From: Parasulfuritortus sp.
GTDB lineage: Bacteria; Pseudomonadota; Gammaproteobacteria; Burkholderiales; Thiobacillaceae
Reading direction: 5' to 3'
Assembly: GCA_036391875.1 (NCBI GenBank)
Contig: DASVZA010000024.1
Coordinates: forward strand, 38,003 to 102,002
DNA length: 64,000 nucleotides
The position numbers and the translations under genes were made by a program. The notes below the pieces were generated by a model, which was not told the origin of the DNA, made no database searches, and saw only the letters and a program-made list of their open reading frames with translations. Every line of letters begins with the position of its first letter. The first letter of the stretch is position 1. This document shows positions 1-10,271 of this stretch, piece by piece.

Positions 1-120
1 GATGTCGTCGCCGTCCCGCAGGCGGAGCACGCCGACGGCATGGCGGGCGACTTCGTCCGGAAGGGGCACCCTTCGGCCGGGCGGCAGGGGCATGGCGCAA
101 TAGAAGCGGGGGATGGGCAT
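1..120 (-). CDS. rsmE: 16S rRNA m3U1498 methyltransferase RsmE, 5' part (runs off window start)
   Basis: Manual translation from ATG at 120: MPIPRFYCAMPLPPGRRVPLPDEVARHAVGVLRLRDGDDI, matching the RsmE N-terminal 'H...VLRL..G' pattern. Confidence 0.8.
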   Translation of the reverse strand, partial: MPIPRFYCAMPLPPGRRVPLPDEVARHAVGVLRLRDGDDI

Positions 121-180
121 AAGATCGGATGAGTTAAATTACGATGGTATTATCAGCCAAAACACTCGAGGAGCGAGATC

Positions 181-738
181 ATGGTCAGTATGGAAACCCC
201 CGTCTGTGATTTCGGCTGGCAGGCGCCCGATTTCGATCTGCCCGGTGTGGACGGGCGACGTTACACTCTCAAAGAGGTGGCCGGACCCAATGGCCTGCTG
301 CTGATGTTCATCTGCAACCATTGCCCCTATGTGAAGGCGGTGATCCGGCGCATCGTCCGCGACGTGAACGACCTCAAGGCCCTGGGCGTCGGCGCCGTCG
401 CCATCATGGCCAACGACCCGACTGACTATCCGGAAGACTCATTCGACAACATGAAGCGGGTGGCCGCCGAGCTGGCCTTTCCGATGCCCTATGTGATCGA
501 CGAAAGCCAGGCGGTCGCCAAGGCCTATGGCGCGGTCTGCACGCCCGATTTCTTTGGTTTCAACGGTCGGCTGGAACTGCAGTATCGCGGCCGGCTGGAC
601 GAATCGCGCAAGGAGACGGCGCCGGAGGGCGTGCGCCGCGACCTGTTCGAGGCCATGAAACAGGTGGCCGCAACCGGCCGGGGCCCGGCCGAGCAGATTC
701 CCAGCATGGGCTGTTCGATCAAGTGGCGCGGGGAGTGA
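181..738 (+). CDS. Thioredoxin-fold AhpC/TSA family protein
   Basis: FICNHCPYV redox motif; YRGRLD and C-terminal SMGCSIKW typical of this family. Confidence 0.85.
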   Translation: MVSMETPVCDFGWQAPDFDLPGVDGRRYTLKEVAGPNGLLLMFICNHCPYVKAVIRRIVRDVNDLKALGVGAVAIMANDPTDYPEDSFDNMKRVAAELAFPMPYVIDESQAVAKAYGAVCTPDFFGFNGRLELQYRGRLDESRKETAPEGVRRDLFEAMKQVAATGRGPAEQIPSMGCSIKWRGE

Positions 739-742
739 TGCC

Positions 743-1564
743 TTGAGCCCGCTGCTGGCCGCCGTCATCGAGGCCGCCCGGGCGGTGGGCCGCACCGAGG
801 TGATGCCCCGTTATCTTAAGGTGGCCCATGCCCGCAAGGACGACGGCAGCCTGTTCACCGAGGCCGACCTGGCCGCCCAGCGGGCCTTGATCGCCCGGCT
901 GCAGGCCATCGCCCCCTATCCCGTGCTGGGCGAGGAGATGGACGACGCCAGCCACCGCCGACTGTGGCAGGAGGGCGTTGATGGGCTTTGGTGCGTGGAC
1001 CCCATCGACGGTACGACCAATTTCGTCAGCGGCCTGCCCTTCTTTGCGATGTCGATCGCCTTGCTGAAGGGCGGCCGCCCTGTTTTGGGTGTCGTCTACG
1101 ACCCCCAGGCCGACGAGTGCTTCTATGCCGAGGCGGGGTCCGGCGCCTTCCTGGATGGCGATCGACTGCCTTTGAAGCTGCCGCCGAAGGTGCTTGGCGG
1201 CTGTATCGCCGGGGTCGATTTCAAGCGTATTCCCCGTGCCTTGGCCGGGCGCCTGGCGACGGAACACCCTTACAGTTCCCAGCGCAACCTGGGGGCCAGC
1301 ACCCTGGACTGGTGCTACTTGGCCGCCGGGCGGTTCTACGTCTACCTGCACGGCGGCCAGAAGTTGTGGGATTACGCGGCCGGCGCCCTGATTCTGGAGG
1401 AGGCGGGCGGCGAGGTCAGCCAGTTGAGCGGCGAGCCGTTCTGGCAGGGCGACCCCTGGACGCGCTCGGTCCTGGCGGCGATCACGCCGGCCCTGTTCGG
1501 GCAATGGCGTGCCTGGTTGGATGATGCGCCGGAAAAAAAGCCCTACCAAAATCCAGGTCAATAA
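743..1564 (+). CDS. Inositol monophosphatase family protein
   Basis: LGEE, WCVDPIDGTTNF and WDYAAG metal-binding motifs. Confidence 0.9.
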   Translation: MSPLLAAVIEAARAVGRTEVMPRYLKVAHARKDDGSLFTEADLAAQRALIARLQAIAPYPVLGEEMDDASHRRLWQEGVDGLWCVDPIDGTTNFVSGLPFFAMSIALLKGGRPVLGVVYDPQADECFYAEAGSGAFLDGDRLPLKLPPKVLGGCIAGVDFKRIPRALAGRLATEHPYSSQRNLGASTLDWCYLAAGRFYVYLHGGQKLWDYAAGALILEEAGGEVSQLSGEPFWQGDPWTRSVLAAITPALFGQWRAWLDDAPEKKPYQNPGQ

Positions 1565-1828
1565 ACAAGGCAAGGCAATTTATAAAAACATTTTAATTTT
1601 TTGTGGGAGTGGCCGAAAAGCCGCGACAGACAAGGAAATCGGCCTGTATTCCCCGCCCGCCACTGGGTTTGGGCCGGAGGGCTCGTATTGCTCTGCCTTG
1701 ACCCCTTACGACATAATCAGATTCCTTGTGCCCGGATTGGGCAGGTGAGGCCTTGAATGAATACCGCGCCGAGCAGGTGTGGCATCCATGCAACGCTTCC
1801 GTAATTTTTTATCTTGAGGAAACACAAC

Positions 1829-3817
1829 ATGGCAACCCGTACCGACCTTGCAAACGCCATCCGCGCCCTTTCCATGGATGCCGTCGAAAAGGCCAAATCC
1901 GGCCACCCCGGCGCCCCCATGGGCATGGCGGAAATCTCCGAAGTCGTGTGGAACCACCACATGCGCCACAACCCGGCCAACCCGAAGTGGGCCGACCGCG
2001 ACCGTTTCGTGCTGTCCAACGGCCACGGTTCCATGCTGATCTATTCCCTGCTGCACCTGACCGGCTATGACGTCACCATCGACGACATCAAGAACTTCCG
2101 CCAGTTGCACTCCCGGACCCCGGGCCACCCCGAATACGGCTACACCGCCGGCGTCGAGACCACCACCGGCCCGCTTGGCCAGGGCATCACCAACGCCGTC
2201 GGCATGGCGCTGGCCGAGAAGCTGCTCGCGGCCGAGTTCAACAAGCCCGGCCACGACATCGTCAACCACCACACCTATGTCTTCCTGGGCGACGGCTGCA
2301 TGATGGAAGGCATCTCCCATGAGGCCTGCTCCCTGGCCGGCACCTGGAAACTGAACAAGCTGATCGCCTGCTGGGACGACAACGGCATTTCCATCGACGG
2401 CCACACCGATGGCTGGTTCACCGAGGACGTCTGCGGCCGCTTCGAGGCCTACGGCTGGAACGTGGTGCGCAATGTCGACGGCCATAGCTTCGAGGCGGTC
2501 GAGGCCGCCGTGCAGAAGGCCAAGCAGTCTGCCGACAAGCCGACCCTGATCCAGTGCAAGACCACCATCGGCAAGGGCTCGCCCAACAAGGAAGGCACCC
2601 ACGATGTGCACGGTGCAGCCCTGGGCCACGAGGAAGTGGAAGCCACCCGCAAGCATATCGGCTGGCCGCACGCCGCGTTCGAAGTGCCGGCCGACGTCTA
2701 CGAAGGCTGGAGCGCCAAGACCAAGGGCGAGGGCCTGGAAAAGCTGTGGAACAACAAGTTCGACGAATACGCCAAGGCCTTCCCGGCCGAGGCTGCCGAG
2801 TTCAAGCGCCGCATGGCCGGCGACCTGCCCGCCGACTGGAGCGATCGCGTCGCCGCCGCGCTGAAGACCACCCTGGACAAGGCCGAGACCGTCGCCACCC
2901 GCAAGGCCTCGCAACTGGCCATCGAGCGTCTGGTCTCGACCCTGCCCGAGCGCGTCGGCGGTTCCGCCGACCTGACCGGCTCCAACCTGACCAACTGGCC
3001 CGGCTGCCAGCCGATCCACCGTCACATGCCGGCCAACTACATCTCCTACGGCGTGCGCGAGTTCGGCATGAGCCACATCATGAACGGCATGGCCCTGCAC
3101 GGTGGCCTGTTCCCGTACGGCGGCACCTTCCTGATGTTCTCCGAATATGCCCGCAACGCCCTGCGCATGTCCGCCCTGATGAAGCAGCGCGTGGTCTACG
3201 TCTTCACCCACGACTCCATCGGTCTGGGCGAGGACGGCCCGACCCACCAGCCGGTCGAGCAGACCGCCACCCTGCGCATGATCCCGAACATGACCGTCTG
3301 GCGTCCCTGCGACACCACGGAGACAATGGTGTCGTGGATCGCCGGCGTCGAGAAGAAGGACGGTCCGACCAGCCTGATCCTGAGCCGTCAGAACCTGCCC
3401 TTCGTGGCTCGTTCCGAAGCCCAGATCGCCGGCATCCGCAAGGGCGGCTACGTGCTGTCCGACTGCGCCGGCACCCCGGCCGTGGTGCTGATCGCCACCG
3501 GCTCCGAGGTCGAACTGGCGCTCAAGGCCCAGGAAGTCCTCAAGGCGGACGGCGTCGCCGCCCGCGTGGTGTCCATGCCCTCCACCAACGAATTCGACAA
3601 GCAGGACGCCGCCTACAAGGCCAGCGTGCTGTCGGCCGGCGCAAAACGCGTGGCCATCGAAGCCGGCGTTACCGACGCCTGGTACAAGTACGTGGGCCTG
3701 GACGGCGCCGTGATCGGCCTGGACCGCTTCGGCGAGTCCGCCCCGGCCGGCCAATTGTTCAAGGAGTTCGGCTTCACGGTCGAGAACGTGGTCGCCAAGG
3801 TCAAGGCTGTTCTGTAA
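1829..3817 (+). CDS. tkt: Transketolase
   Basis: SGHPG, LSNGH, GDGC...N TPP motif, [16 protein letters not shown]; start set at ATG 1829 behind a GAGG RBS. Confidence 0.97.
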   Translation: MATRTDLANAIRALSMDAVEKAKSGHPGAPMGMAEISEVVWNHHMRHNPANPKWADRDRFVLSNGHGSMLIYSLLHLTGYDVTIDDIKNFRQLHSRTPGHPEYGYTAGVETTTGPLGQGITNAVGMALAEKLLAAEFNKPGHDIVNHHTYVFLGDGCMMEGISHEACSLAGTWKLNKLIACWDDNGISIDGHTDGWFTEDVCGRFEAYGWNVVRNVDGHSFEAVEAAVQKAKQSADKPTLIQCKTTIGKGSPNKEGTHDVHGAALGHEEVEATRKHIGWPHAAFEVPADVYEGWSAKTKGEGLEKLWNNKFDEYAKAFPAEAAEFKRRMAGDLPADWSDRVAAALKTTLDKAETVATRKASQLAIERLVSTLPERVGGSADLTGSNLTNWPGCQPIHRHMPANYISYGVREFGMSHIMNGMALHGGLFPYGGTFLMFSEYARNALRMSALMKQRVVYVFTHDSIGLGEDGPTHQPVEQTATLRMIPNMTVWRPCDTTETMVSWIAGVEKKDGPTSLILSRQNLPFVARSEAQIAGIRKGGYVLSDCAGTPAVVLIATGSEVELALKAQEVLKADGVAARVVSMPSTNEFDKQDAAYKASVLSAGAKRVAIEAGVTDAWYKYVGLDGAVIGLDRFGESAPAGQLFKEFGFTVENVVAKVKAVL

Positions 3818-3832
3818 ATTCGCATGAAGTGG

Positions 3833-3868
3833 CGGGCGCCGGCCGAACATTGCGGCCGGCGTCGCCCG
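3833..3868 (+). other. Intercistronic GC-rich stem-loop between tkt and gap
   Basis: CGGGCGCCGGCCG-aacattg-CGGCCGGCGTCGCCCG, no U-tract. Confidence 0.6.
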
Positions 3869-3879
3869 TGAAAATTTGA

Positions 3880-4902
<1,023 letters not shown>

Positions 4903-4905
4903 GTC

Positions 4906-4987
4906 GTTGGGTGGGTTAGCCGCACAAGCGGCGTAACCCACCAAAGCGATAAGGTGAGTTACGGCCTCGCGGTCTAACCCACCCTAC
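4906..4987. repeat. Inverted REP doublet (REPIN-like)
   Basis: GTTGGGTGGGTTAGCCGC..GGCGTAACCCACC (4906-4942) and an inverted copy GTAGGGTGGGTTAGACCGC..GCCGTAACTCACC (4953-4987); each is palindromic and the second has a GTAG foot. Confidence 0.75.
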
Positions 4988-5059
4988 GTCCAAACAACCT
5001 GAGTCGTAAGGCATGAGCCCACTTATCCCTTACCACTTAACTATCCAAGGAGCATCGAT

Positions 5060-6244
5060 ATGGCCAAATTCCTCCGCATGACCGATCTCGACCTCAAGGG
5101 CAAGCGCGTCTTCATCCGCGCCGACCTGAACGTGCCTGTCAAGGACGGCAAGGTGACTTCGGACGCCCGCATCACCGCCTCCATGCCGACCATCGAACAC
5201 GCCCTCAAGGCCGGCGCCAAGGTCATGGTCACCTCGCACCTGGGCCGTCCGACCGAAGGCGAGTGGACCCCCGAGGTTTCCCTCGCGCCGGTGGCCGAAG
5301 TGTTGTCCGCCAAGCTGGGCAAGCCTGTGCGCCTGGTCAAGGACTGGATCGACGGCGGCTTCGACGTTGCCGAGGGCGATCTGGTCCTGCTGGAGAACTG
5401 CCGGGTCAACAAGGGCGAGAAGAAGAACAACGAGGAACTGGCCAAGAAATACGCCGCCCTGTGCGATGTCTTCGTCATGGACGCCTTCGGTACGGCCCAC
5501 CGCGCCGAAGGCACGACCTACGGCGTTGCCCAGTTCGCTCCGGTCGCCTGCGCCGGCAAGCTGGTCGCCGAGGAACTGGAAGCCCTGGGCAAGGCCCTGG
5601 CCAATCCGGCCCGGCCGATGGTCGCCATCGTCGGCGGCTCCAAGGTCTCCACAAAGCTGACCGTGCTCGAGGCCCTGGCCGAGAAGTGCGACCAACTGGT
5701 GGTCGGTGGCGGCATCGCCAATACCTTCCTGAAGGCGACCGGCAAGAACGTCGGCAAGTCCCTGTGCGAGGACGATCTGGTGCCGACCGCCAAGAGCCTG
5801 ATGGCGAAGATGGCTGCCCGCGGCGCCAGCATCCCCGTCGCCGTCGACGTGGTCTGCGGCAAGCAGTTCGACGCCAACGAGCCGGCCGTGCTGAAGGATG
5901 CTGGTGCCGTGGCCGACGACGACATGATCTTCGACATCGGTCCCAAGTCCGCCCAGGAACTGGTCGACATCATCATGAAGGCCGGTACCGTGGTCTGGAA
6001 CGGCCCGGTCGGCGTGTTCGAATTCGACCAGTTCGGCGACGGCACCAAGGCCATCGCCAAGGCCATCGCCGAGACCAAAGCCTTCACCCTGGCCGGCGGC
6101 GGCGACACCATCGCCGCGATTCAGAAATATGACATCTACGACAAGGTATCCTATATCTCCACCGCCGGTGGGGCGTTCCTGGAATACCTCGAGGGCAAGG
6201 TGCTGCCTGCCGTGGACATCCTGGAAAAACGGGCGGCCGGCTGA
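5060..6244 (+). CDS. pgk: Phosphoglycerate kinase
   Basis: [41 protein letters not shown]. Confidence 0.98.
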   Translation: MAKFLRMTDLDLKGKRVFIRADLNVPVKDGKVTSDARITASMPTIEHALKAGAKVMVTSHLGRPTEGEWTPEVSLAPVAEVLSAKLGKPVRLVKDWIDGGFDVAEGDLVLLENCRVNKGEKKNNEELAKKYAALCDVFVMDAFGTAHRAEGTTYGVAQFAPVACAGKLVAEELEALGKALANPARPMVAIVGGSKVSTKLTVLEALAEKCDQLVVGGGIANTFLKATGKNVGKSLCEDDLVPTAKSLMAKMAARGASIPVAVDVVCGKQFDANEPAVLKDAGAVADDDMIFDIGPKSAQELVDIIMKAGTVVWNGPVGVFEFDQFGDGTKAIAKAIAETKAFTLAGGGDTIAAIQKYDIYDKVSYISTAGGAFLEYLEGKVLPAVDILEKRAAG

Positions 6245-6249
6245 TACCC

Positions 6250-6315
6250 GAGTGAGGAGTCAGGAGAACGGAGCGCTCCTTGCGCATCCTCCCCTTCACT
6301 CCTCACACCTCACTC
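6250..6315. repeat. GTGAGGA-type inverted repeat element between pgk and pyk
   Basis: GAGTGAGGAGTCAGGAG (6250-6266) facing CTCCCCTTCACTCCTCACACCTCACTC (6289-6315). Confidence 0.6.
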
Positions 6316-6329
6316 ATCGAAGATAAAAC

Positions 6330-7760
6330 ATGCTACGCAGAACCAAAATCGTCGCTACCCTGGGGCCCGCCTGTTCGGACCCCAAAGTGCTGGACAAAAT
6401 GATCGAGGCGGGCGTCGATGTCGTCCGCCTCAACTTCTCCCACGGCACGGCCGAGGAGCATATCCAGCGGGCCGAGATGGTGCGCTCGCTGGCCAAGACC
6501 CGGGGCCGCGCGATCGGCATCCTGGTCGACCTGCAGGGCCCAAAGATCCGCATCGGCAAGTTCAAGGACGGCAAGATCACCCTAAGCCCGGGCGATACCT
6601 TCCATCTGGACGTCAATTGCGAACTGGGCGACCAGACCAAGGTCGGTCTCGACTACAAGGATCTGGTCTACGACGTTTCGCGCGGTGCGACGCTGCTGCT
6701 CGACGACGGCCGGATCGAGATGTGGGTCGAGGAGGTCAAGGACGGCATCGTCACTTGCAAGGTGGTGCAGGGCGGCGTGCTGTCGAACAACAAGGGCATC
6801 AACCGCAAGGGCGGCGGCCTGTCCGCTTCGGCGCTGACCGACAAGGACATCGAGGACATCAAGACCGCGGCCCAGCTGCGGGCCGATTACCTGGCCGTGT
6901 CCTTCCCGCGTTCCGCCGCCGACATCCAGCAGGCACGTGAGATCCTGCACGCCCATGGAGGCAAGGCCTGGATCGTATCGAAGATCGAGCGGGCCGAAGC
7001 GATCGAGGCCCTGAGCGGCATCCTGGACGCCTCGGACGCCATCATGGTGGCGCGCGGCGACCTGGGCGTGGAAGTCGGCGATGCGGCCGTGCCGGCCCTG
7101 CAGAAACGCATGATCCGCATGGCGCGGGAGAAGAACAAGCTCACCATCACCGCTACCCAGATGATGGAGTCGATGATCACCAGCCCGATCCCGACCCGGG
7201 CCGAGGTATCCGACGTGGCCAACGCCGTGCTGGATGGCACCGATGCGGTGATGCTGTCCGCCGAGACGGCCGCCGGCCAGTTCCCGGTCGAGGCGATCGC
7301 CGCCATGAATCGCGTCTGCCTCGAGGCGGAGAAGGAAATCGAGCCGCCCCAGTTCGGGATCAAGCATGCCGACATCCTGCGGGTCGACGAGGCCATCGCC
7401 AAATCGAGCGCGTTCACCTCGCTGCACCTCAACGTCAAGGCCATCGCCGCCATGACCCAGTCCGGTTCGACAGCGCTCTGGATCTCGCGGATCAGCACCC
7501 ACGTGCCGATCTATGCTCTGACTCCCGAGGTCAACACCCGGCGCAAGGTGACCCTGTTCCGCGGGGTGTATCCTGTGAATTTCCGGCCTGCCACGGAGGA
7601 CCGGGACCAGCTCCTGGCCGAGGCAGAGGACGAGCTCAGGCGGCGCGGCGCGGTGCGCAACGGCGACCTGATCCTGCTCACCATCGGCGAGCCCATCGGC
7701 CGTTCTGGTGGCACCAACACCATGAAGATCGTTCGCGTCGGCGAACGCAAAAAGTTTTGA
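6330..7760 (+). CDS. pyk: Pyruvate kinase
   Basis: RRTKIVATLGPA, RLNFSHG, DLQGPKIR, MVARGDLGVE, DGTDAVMLS. Confidence 0.97.
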   Translation: MLRRTKIVATLGPACSDPKVLDKMIEAGVDVVRLNFSHGTAEEHIQRAEMVRSLAKTRGRAIGILVDLQGPKIRIGKFKDGKITLSPGDTFHLDVNCELGDQTKVGLDYKDLVYDVSRGATLLLDDGRIEMWVEEVKDGIVTCKVVQGGVLSNNKGINRKGGGLSASALTDKDIEDIKTAAQLRADYLAVSFPRSAADIQQAREILHAHGGKAWIVSKIERAEAIEALSGILDASDAIMVARGDLGVEVGDAAVPALQKRMIRMAREKNKLTITATQMMESMITSPIPTRAEVSDVANAVLDGTDAVMLSAETAAGQFPVEAIAAMNRVCLEAEKEIEPPQFGIKHADILRVDEAIAKSSAFTSLHLNVKAIAAMTQSGSTALWISRISTHVPIYALTPEVNTRRKVTLFRGVYPVNFRPATEDRDQLLAEAEDELRRRGAVRNGDLILLTIGEPIGRSGGTNTMKIVRVGERKKF

Positions 7761-7780
7761 TTTGAAAAGGAGAGTAAAAG

Positions 7781-8848
7781 ATGGCACTGATTTCCCTGCG
7801 TCAACTGCTCGATCACGCCGCTGAGCACGGCTATGGCCTGCCGGCCTTCAACGTCAACAACATGGAACAGGTCCAGGCCATCATGCAGGCCGCCGCGGCG
7901 GTCGACAGCCCGGTCATCCTGCAAGGTTCCGCCGGCGCCCGCTCCTATGCCGGCGAGCCCTTCCTGCGCCACCTGATCCTGGCCGCCATCGAGTCCTATC
8001 CGCAGATTCCGGTCTGCATGCACCAGGACCACGGCGCCAGCCCCAGCATCTGCTTCCGTTCCATCCAGTCGGGCTTCAGCTCCGTGATGATGGACGGCTC
8101 CCTCGGCACCGACGGCAAGACCCCGTCCACCTACGAGTACAACGTCGACGTCACCCGCCACGTGGCCGAACTGGCCCACGCCTGCGGCGTGTCCGTGGAA
8201 GGCGAACTGGGCTGCCTGGGTTCCCTGGAATCCGGCAAGGCCGGCGAGGAAGACGGCCACGGTGCCGAAGGCACCCTGGACCACAGCCAGCTGCTGACCG
8301 ATCCCAACGAGGCCGCCGACTTCGTCGCCAAGACCAAGGTCGACGCCCTGGCCATCGCCATCGGCACCAGCCACGGCGCCTACAAGTTCACCCAGAAGCC
8401 GACCGGCAAGGTGCTGCGCATCGACCGCGTGCGCGAAATCCACGCCCGCATCCCCAACGTCCACCTGGTCATGCACGGCTCCTCCTCGGTGCCGGAAGAC
8501 TGGCTCGCCATCATCAACAGCTTCGGCGGCGACATGGGCCAGACCTACGGCGTGCCGGTCGAGGAGATCGTCGAAGGCATCAAGAACGGTGTGCGCAAGG
8601 TCAACATCGACACCGACCTGCGCATGGCTTCCACCGGCGCCATCCGCAAGCACCTGGCCGAGAACAAGGCCAACTTCGACCCGCGCAAGTTCCTGAAGGA
8701 AGCCACCAAGGGCATGAGCGGTATCTGCAAGGCCCGCTACGAAGCCTTCGGCTCCGCCGGCATGGCCAGCAAGATCGGCAAGGTGTTCAACCTGGAGGAG
8801 ATGCAGAAGCGCTACGACTCCGGCGAATTGGACCCCAAGGTCAACTAA
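7781..8848 (+). CDS. fba: Class II fructose-bisphosphate aldolase (CbbA-like subtype)
   Basis: [41 protein letters not shown]. Confidence 0.95.
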   Translation: MALISLRQLLDHAAEHGYGLPAFNVNNMEQVQAIMQAAAAVDSPVILQGSAGARSYAGEPFLRHLILAAIESYPQIPVCMHQDHGASPSICFRSIQSGFSSVMMDGSLGTDGKTPSTYEYNVDVTRHVAELAHACGVSVEGELGCLGSLESGKAGEEDGHGAEGTLDHSQLLTDPNEAADFVAKTKVDALAIAIGTSHGAYKFTQKPTGKVLRIDRVREIHARIPNVHLVMHGSSSVPEDWLAIINSFGGDMGQTYGVPVEEIVEGIKNGVRKVNIDTDLRMASTGAIRKHLAENKANFDPRKFLKEATKGMSGICKARYEAFGSAGMASKIGKVFNLEEMQKRYDSGELDPKVN

Positions 8849-8864
8849 GCCGAATCGGCAGCGG

Positions 8865-8893
8865 AAAAAAGGCGGCTTCGGGCCGCCTTTTTT
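8865..8893. terminator. Rho-independent terminator after fba (bidirectional shape)
   Basis: AAAAAAGGCGGC-ttcgg-GCCGCCTTTTTT. Confidence 0.85.
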
Positions 8894-9110
8894 ATTTCTA
8901 TGTTCCGAGGTGGAGCGGTCCCAGCCAGCAGCAATATTCCGGTGGACCGGAAACGAATGGCGGCGGGCTCACGGCAAAAACCGGGGTCAGCGCCTATGAT
9001 GAATTTGCACAGATTCCGAGAGGATGTCGTCGGCGCGCCCGATCGCGGGCTGCGTCCGAAAGTGTGTTCCGCACAACGCAGAAAATATTGCCCCGGAGGA
9101 TCGTTCATTC

Positions 9111-10256
9111 ATGAAGATAAAACAGATGCAATTCTCCGGCGGGCCCGATGCCGACGCGCTCGCCGAGCTTCAGTCTGTCGACCCCCAGGTGGTCCTGGTT
9201 TTCGGCAGCGTCGATCTCCTGAAAAAAACCGATATGGACCGGGTGTTGCATCAGGCCTTCCGGCGGGCTGCCGTGTTGGGCTGTTCCACTGCCGGTGAGA
9301 TCACCGCCCAGGGCGTATACGAAAAAACCTGTGTCGTGAGCGCCATCCGGTTCGAACACGACATCGGGTTGAGGACCGCGGAGGCTTCAGTTCCGGTCAT
9401 GGAGGACAGCCAGATGGCAGGGGAAAGACTCGGCCGGCAGTTGGCCGGGCCGGGGCTGCGTGCGGTCCTGTTGTTCGGCAAGGGTGTGGGCGTGAACGGC
9501 AGTGCAGTCATCGAGGGCCTGATATCCCATATCGGCCCCGATGTGCCGGTCACCGGCGGACTGGCCGGCGACGACGGAGCCTTTGTCGGCTCCCTGACCG
9601 TGACGCCATCGGGCATCCGGGCCGATGCGGTGGTCGGGCTCGGCCTGTATGGCGACGACTTGATCGTCGGCCATGGCTCCTATGGCGGCTGGGTGCCGTT
9701 CGGGCCGGCCCGGAAGGTCACCCGCAGCGAGGGCAACGTGCTGTATGAGTTGGATGGCGAGCCTGCGCTCAATATCTACAAGCGCTATCTGGGCGACTAT
9801 GCCAAGGAGCTGCCGGCCTCGGGCCTGCTTTTCCCGTTCGAGATGCTCAACGAAAACCACGATGCCATGGGTCTGGTCCGCTCCACGCTGGTGATCGATG
9901 AGGTACAGGGCAGCCTGATATTGGCGGGCGATATCGTCGCCCACGGCTATCTGCGCCTGATGCATGCCTCGACCAACCAACTGGTCGACGGCGCCGACGT
10001 GGCGGCCAAACAGGTCCGAGGCTGTCTGCCCCAGGACGTGCCGCCCGGCCTGGCCATCCTGGTCAGTTGCGTGGGGCGCCGTTTGGTGATGGGCGACCAG
10101 GTGGACGACGAGGTGGATGCGGTGGCCAATACGCTGGGCCGGCAGAACGCTCTGACCGGCTTCTACTCCTACGGCGAGATCAGCCCGTTCACCGCCACGA
10201 CGGATTGCAGGTTGCACAACCAGACCATGACGGTCACCTATCTGGGCGAACGCTGA
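9111..10256 (+). CDS. FIST N/C domain protein (NosP-like signal transduction protein)
   Basis: GCSTAGEI, GGLAGD, SCVGRR and GFYSYGEI..LHNQTM FIST motifs; start ATG 9111 after GGAGG. Confidence 0.88.
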   Translation: MKIKQMQFSGGPDADALAELQSVDPQVVLVFGSVDLLKKTDMDRVLHQAFRRAAVLGCSTAGEITAQGVYEKTCVVSAIRFEHDIGLRTAEASVPVMEDSQMAGERLGRQLAGPGLRAVLLFGKGVGVNGSAVIEGLISHIGPDVPVTGGLAGDDGAFVGSLTVTPSGIRADAVVGLGLYGDDLIVGHGSYGGWVPFGPARKVTRSEGNVLYELDGEPALNIYKRYLGDYAKELPASGLLFPFEMLNENHDAMGLVRSTLVIDEVQGSLILAGDIVAHGYLRLMHASTNQLVDGADVAAKQVRGCLPQDVPPGLAILVSCVGRRLVMGDQVDDEVDAVANTLGRQNALTGFYSYGEISPFTATTDCRLHNQTMTVTYLGER

Positions 10257-10271
10257 GGCCGGGTAGAAGCC

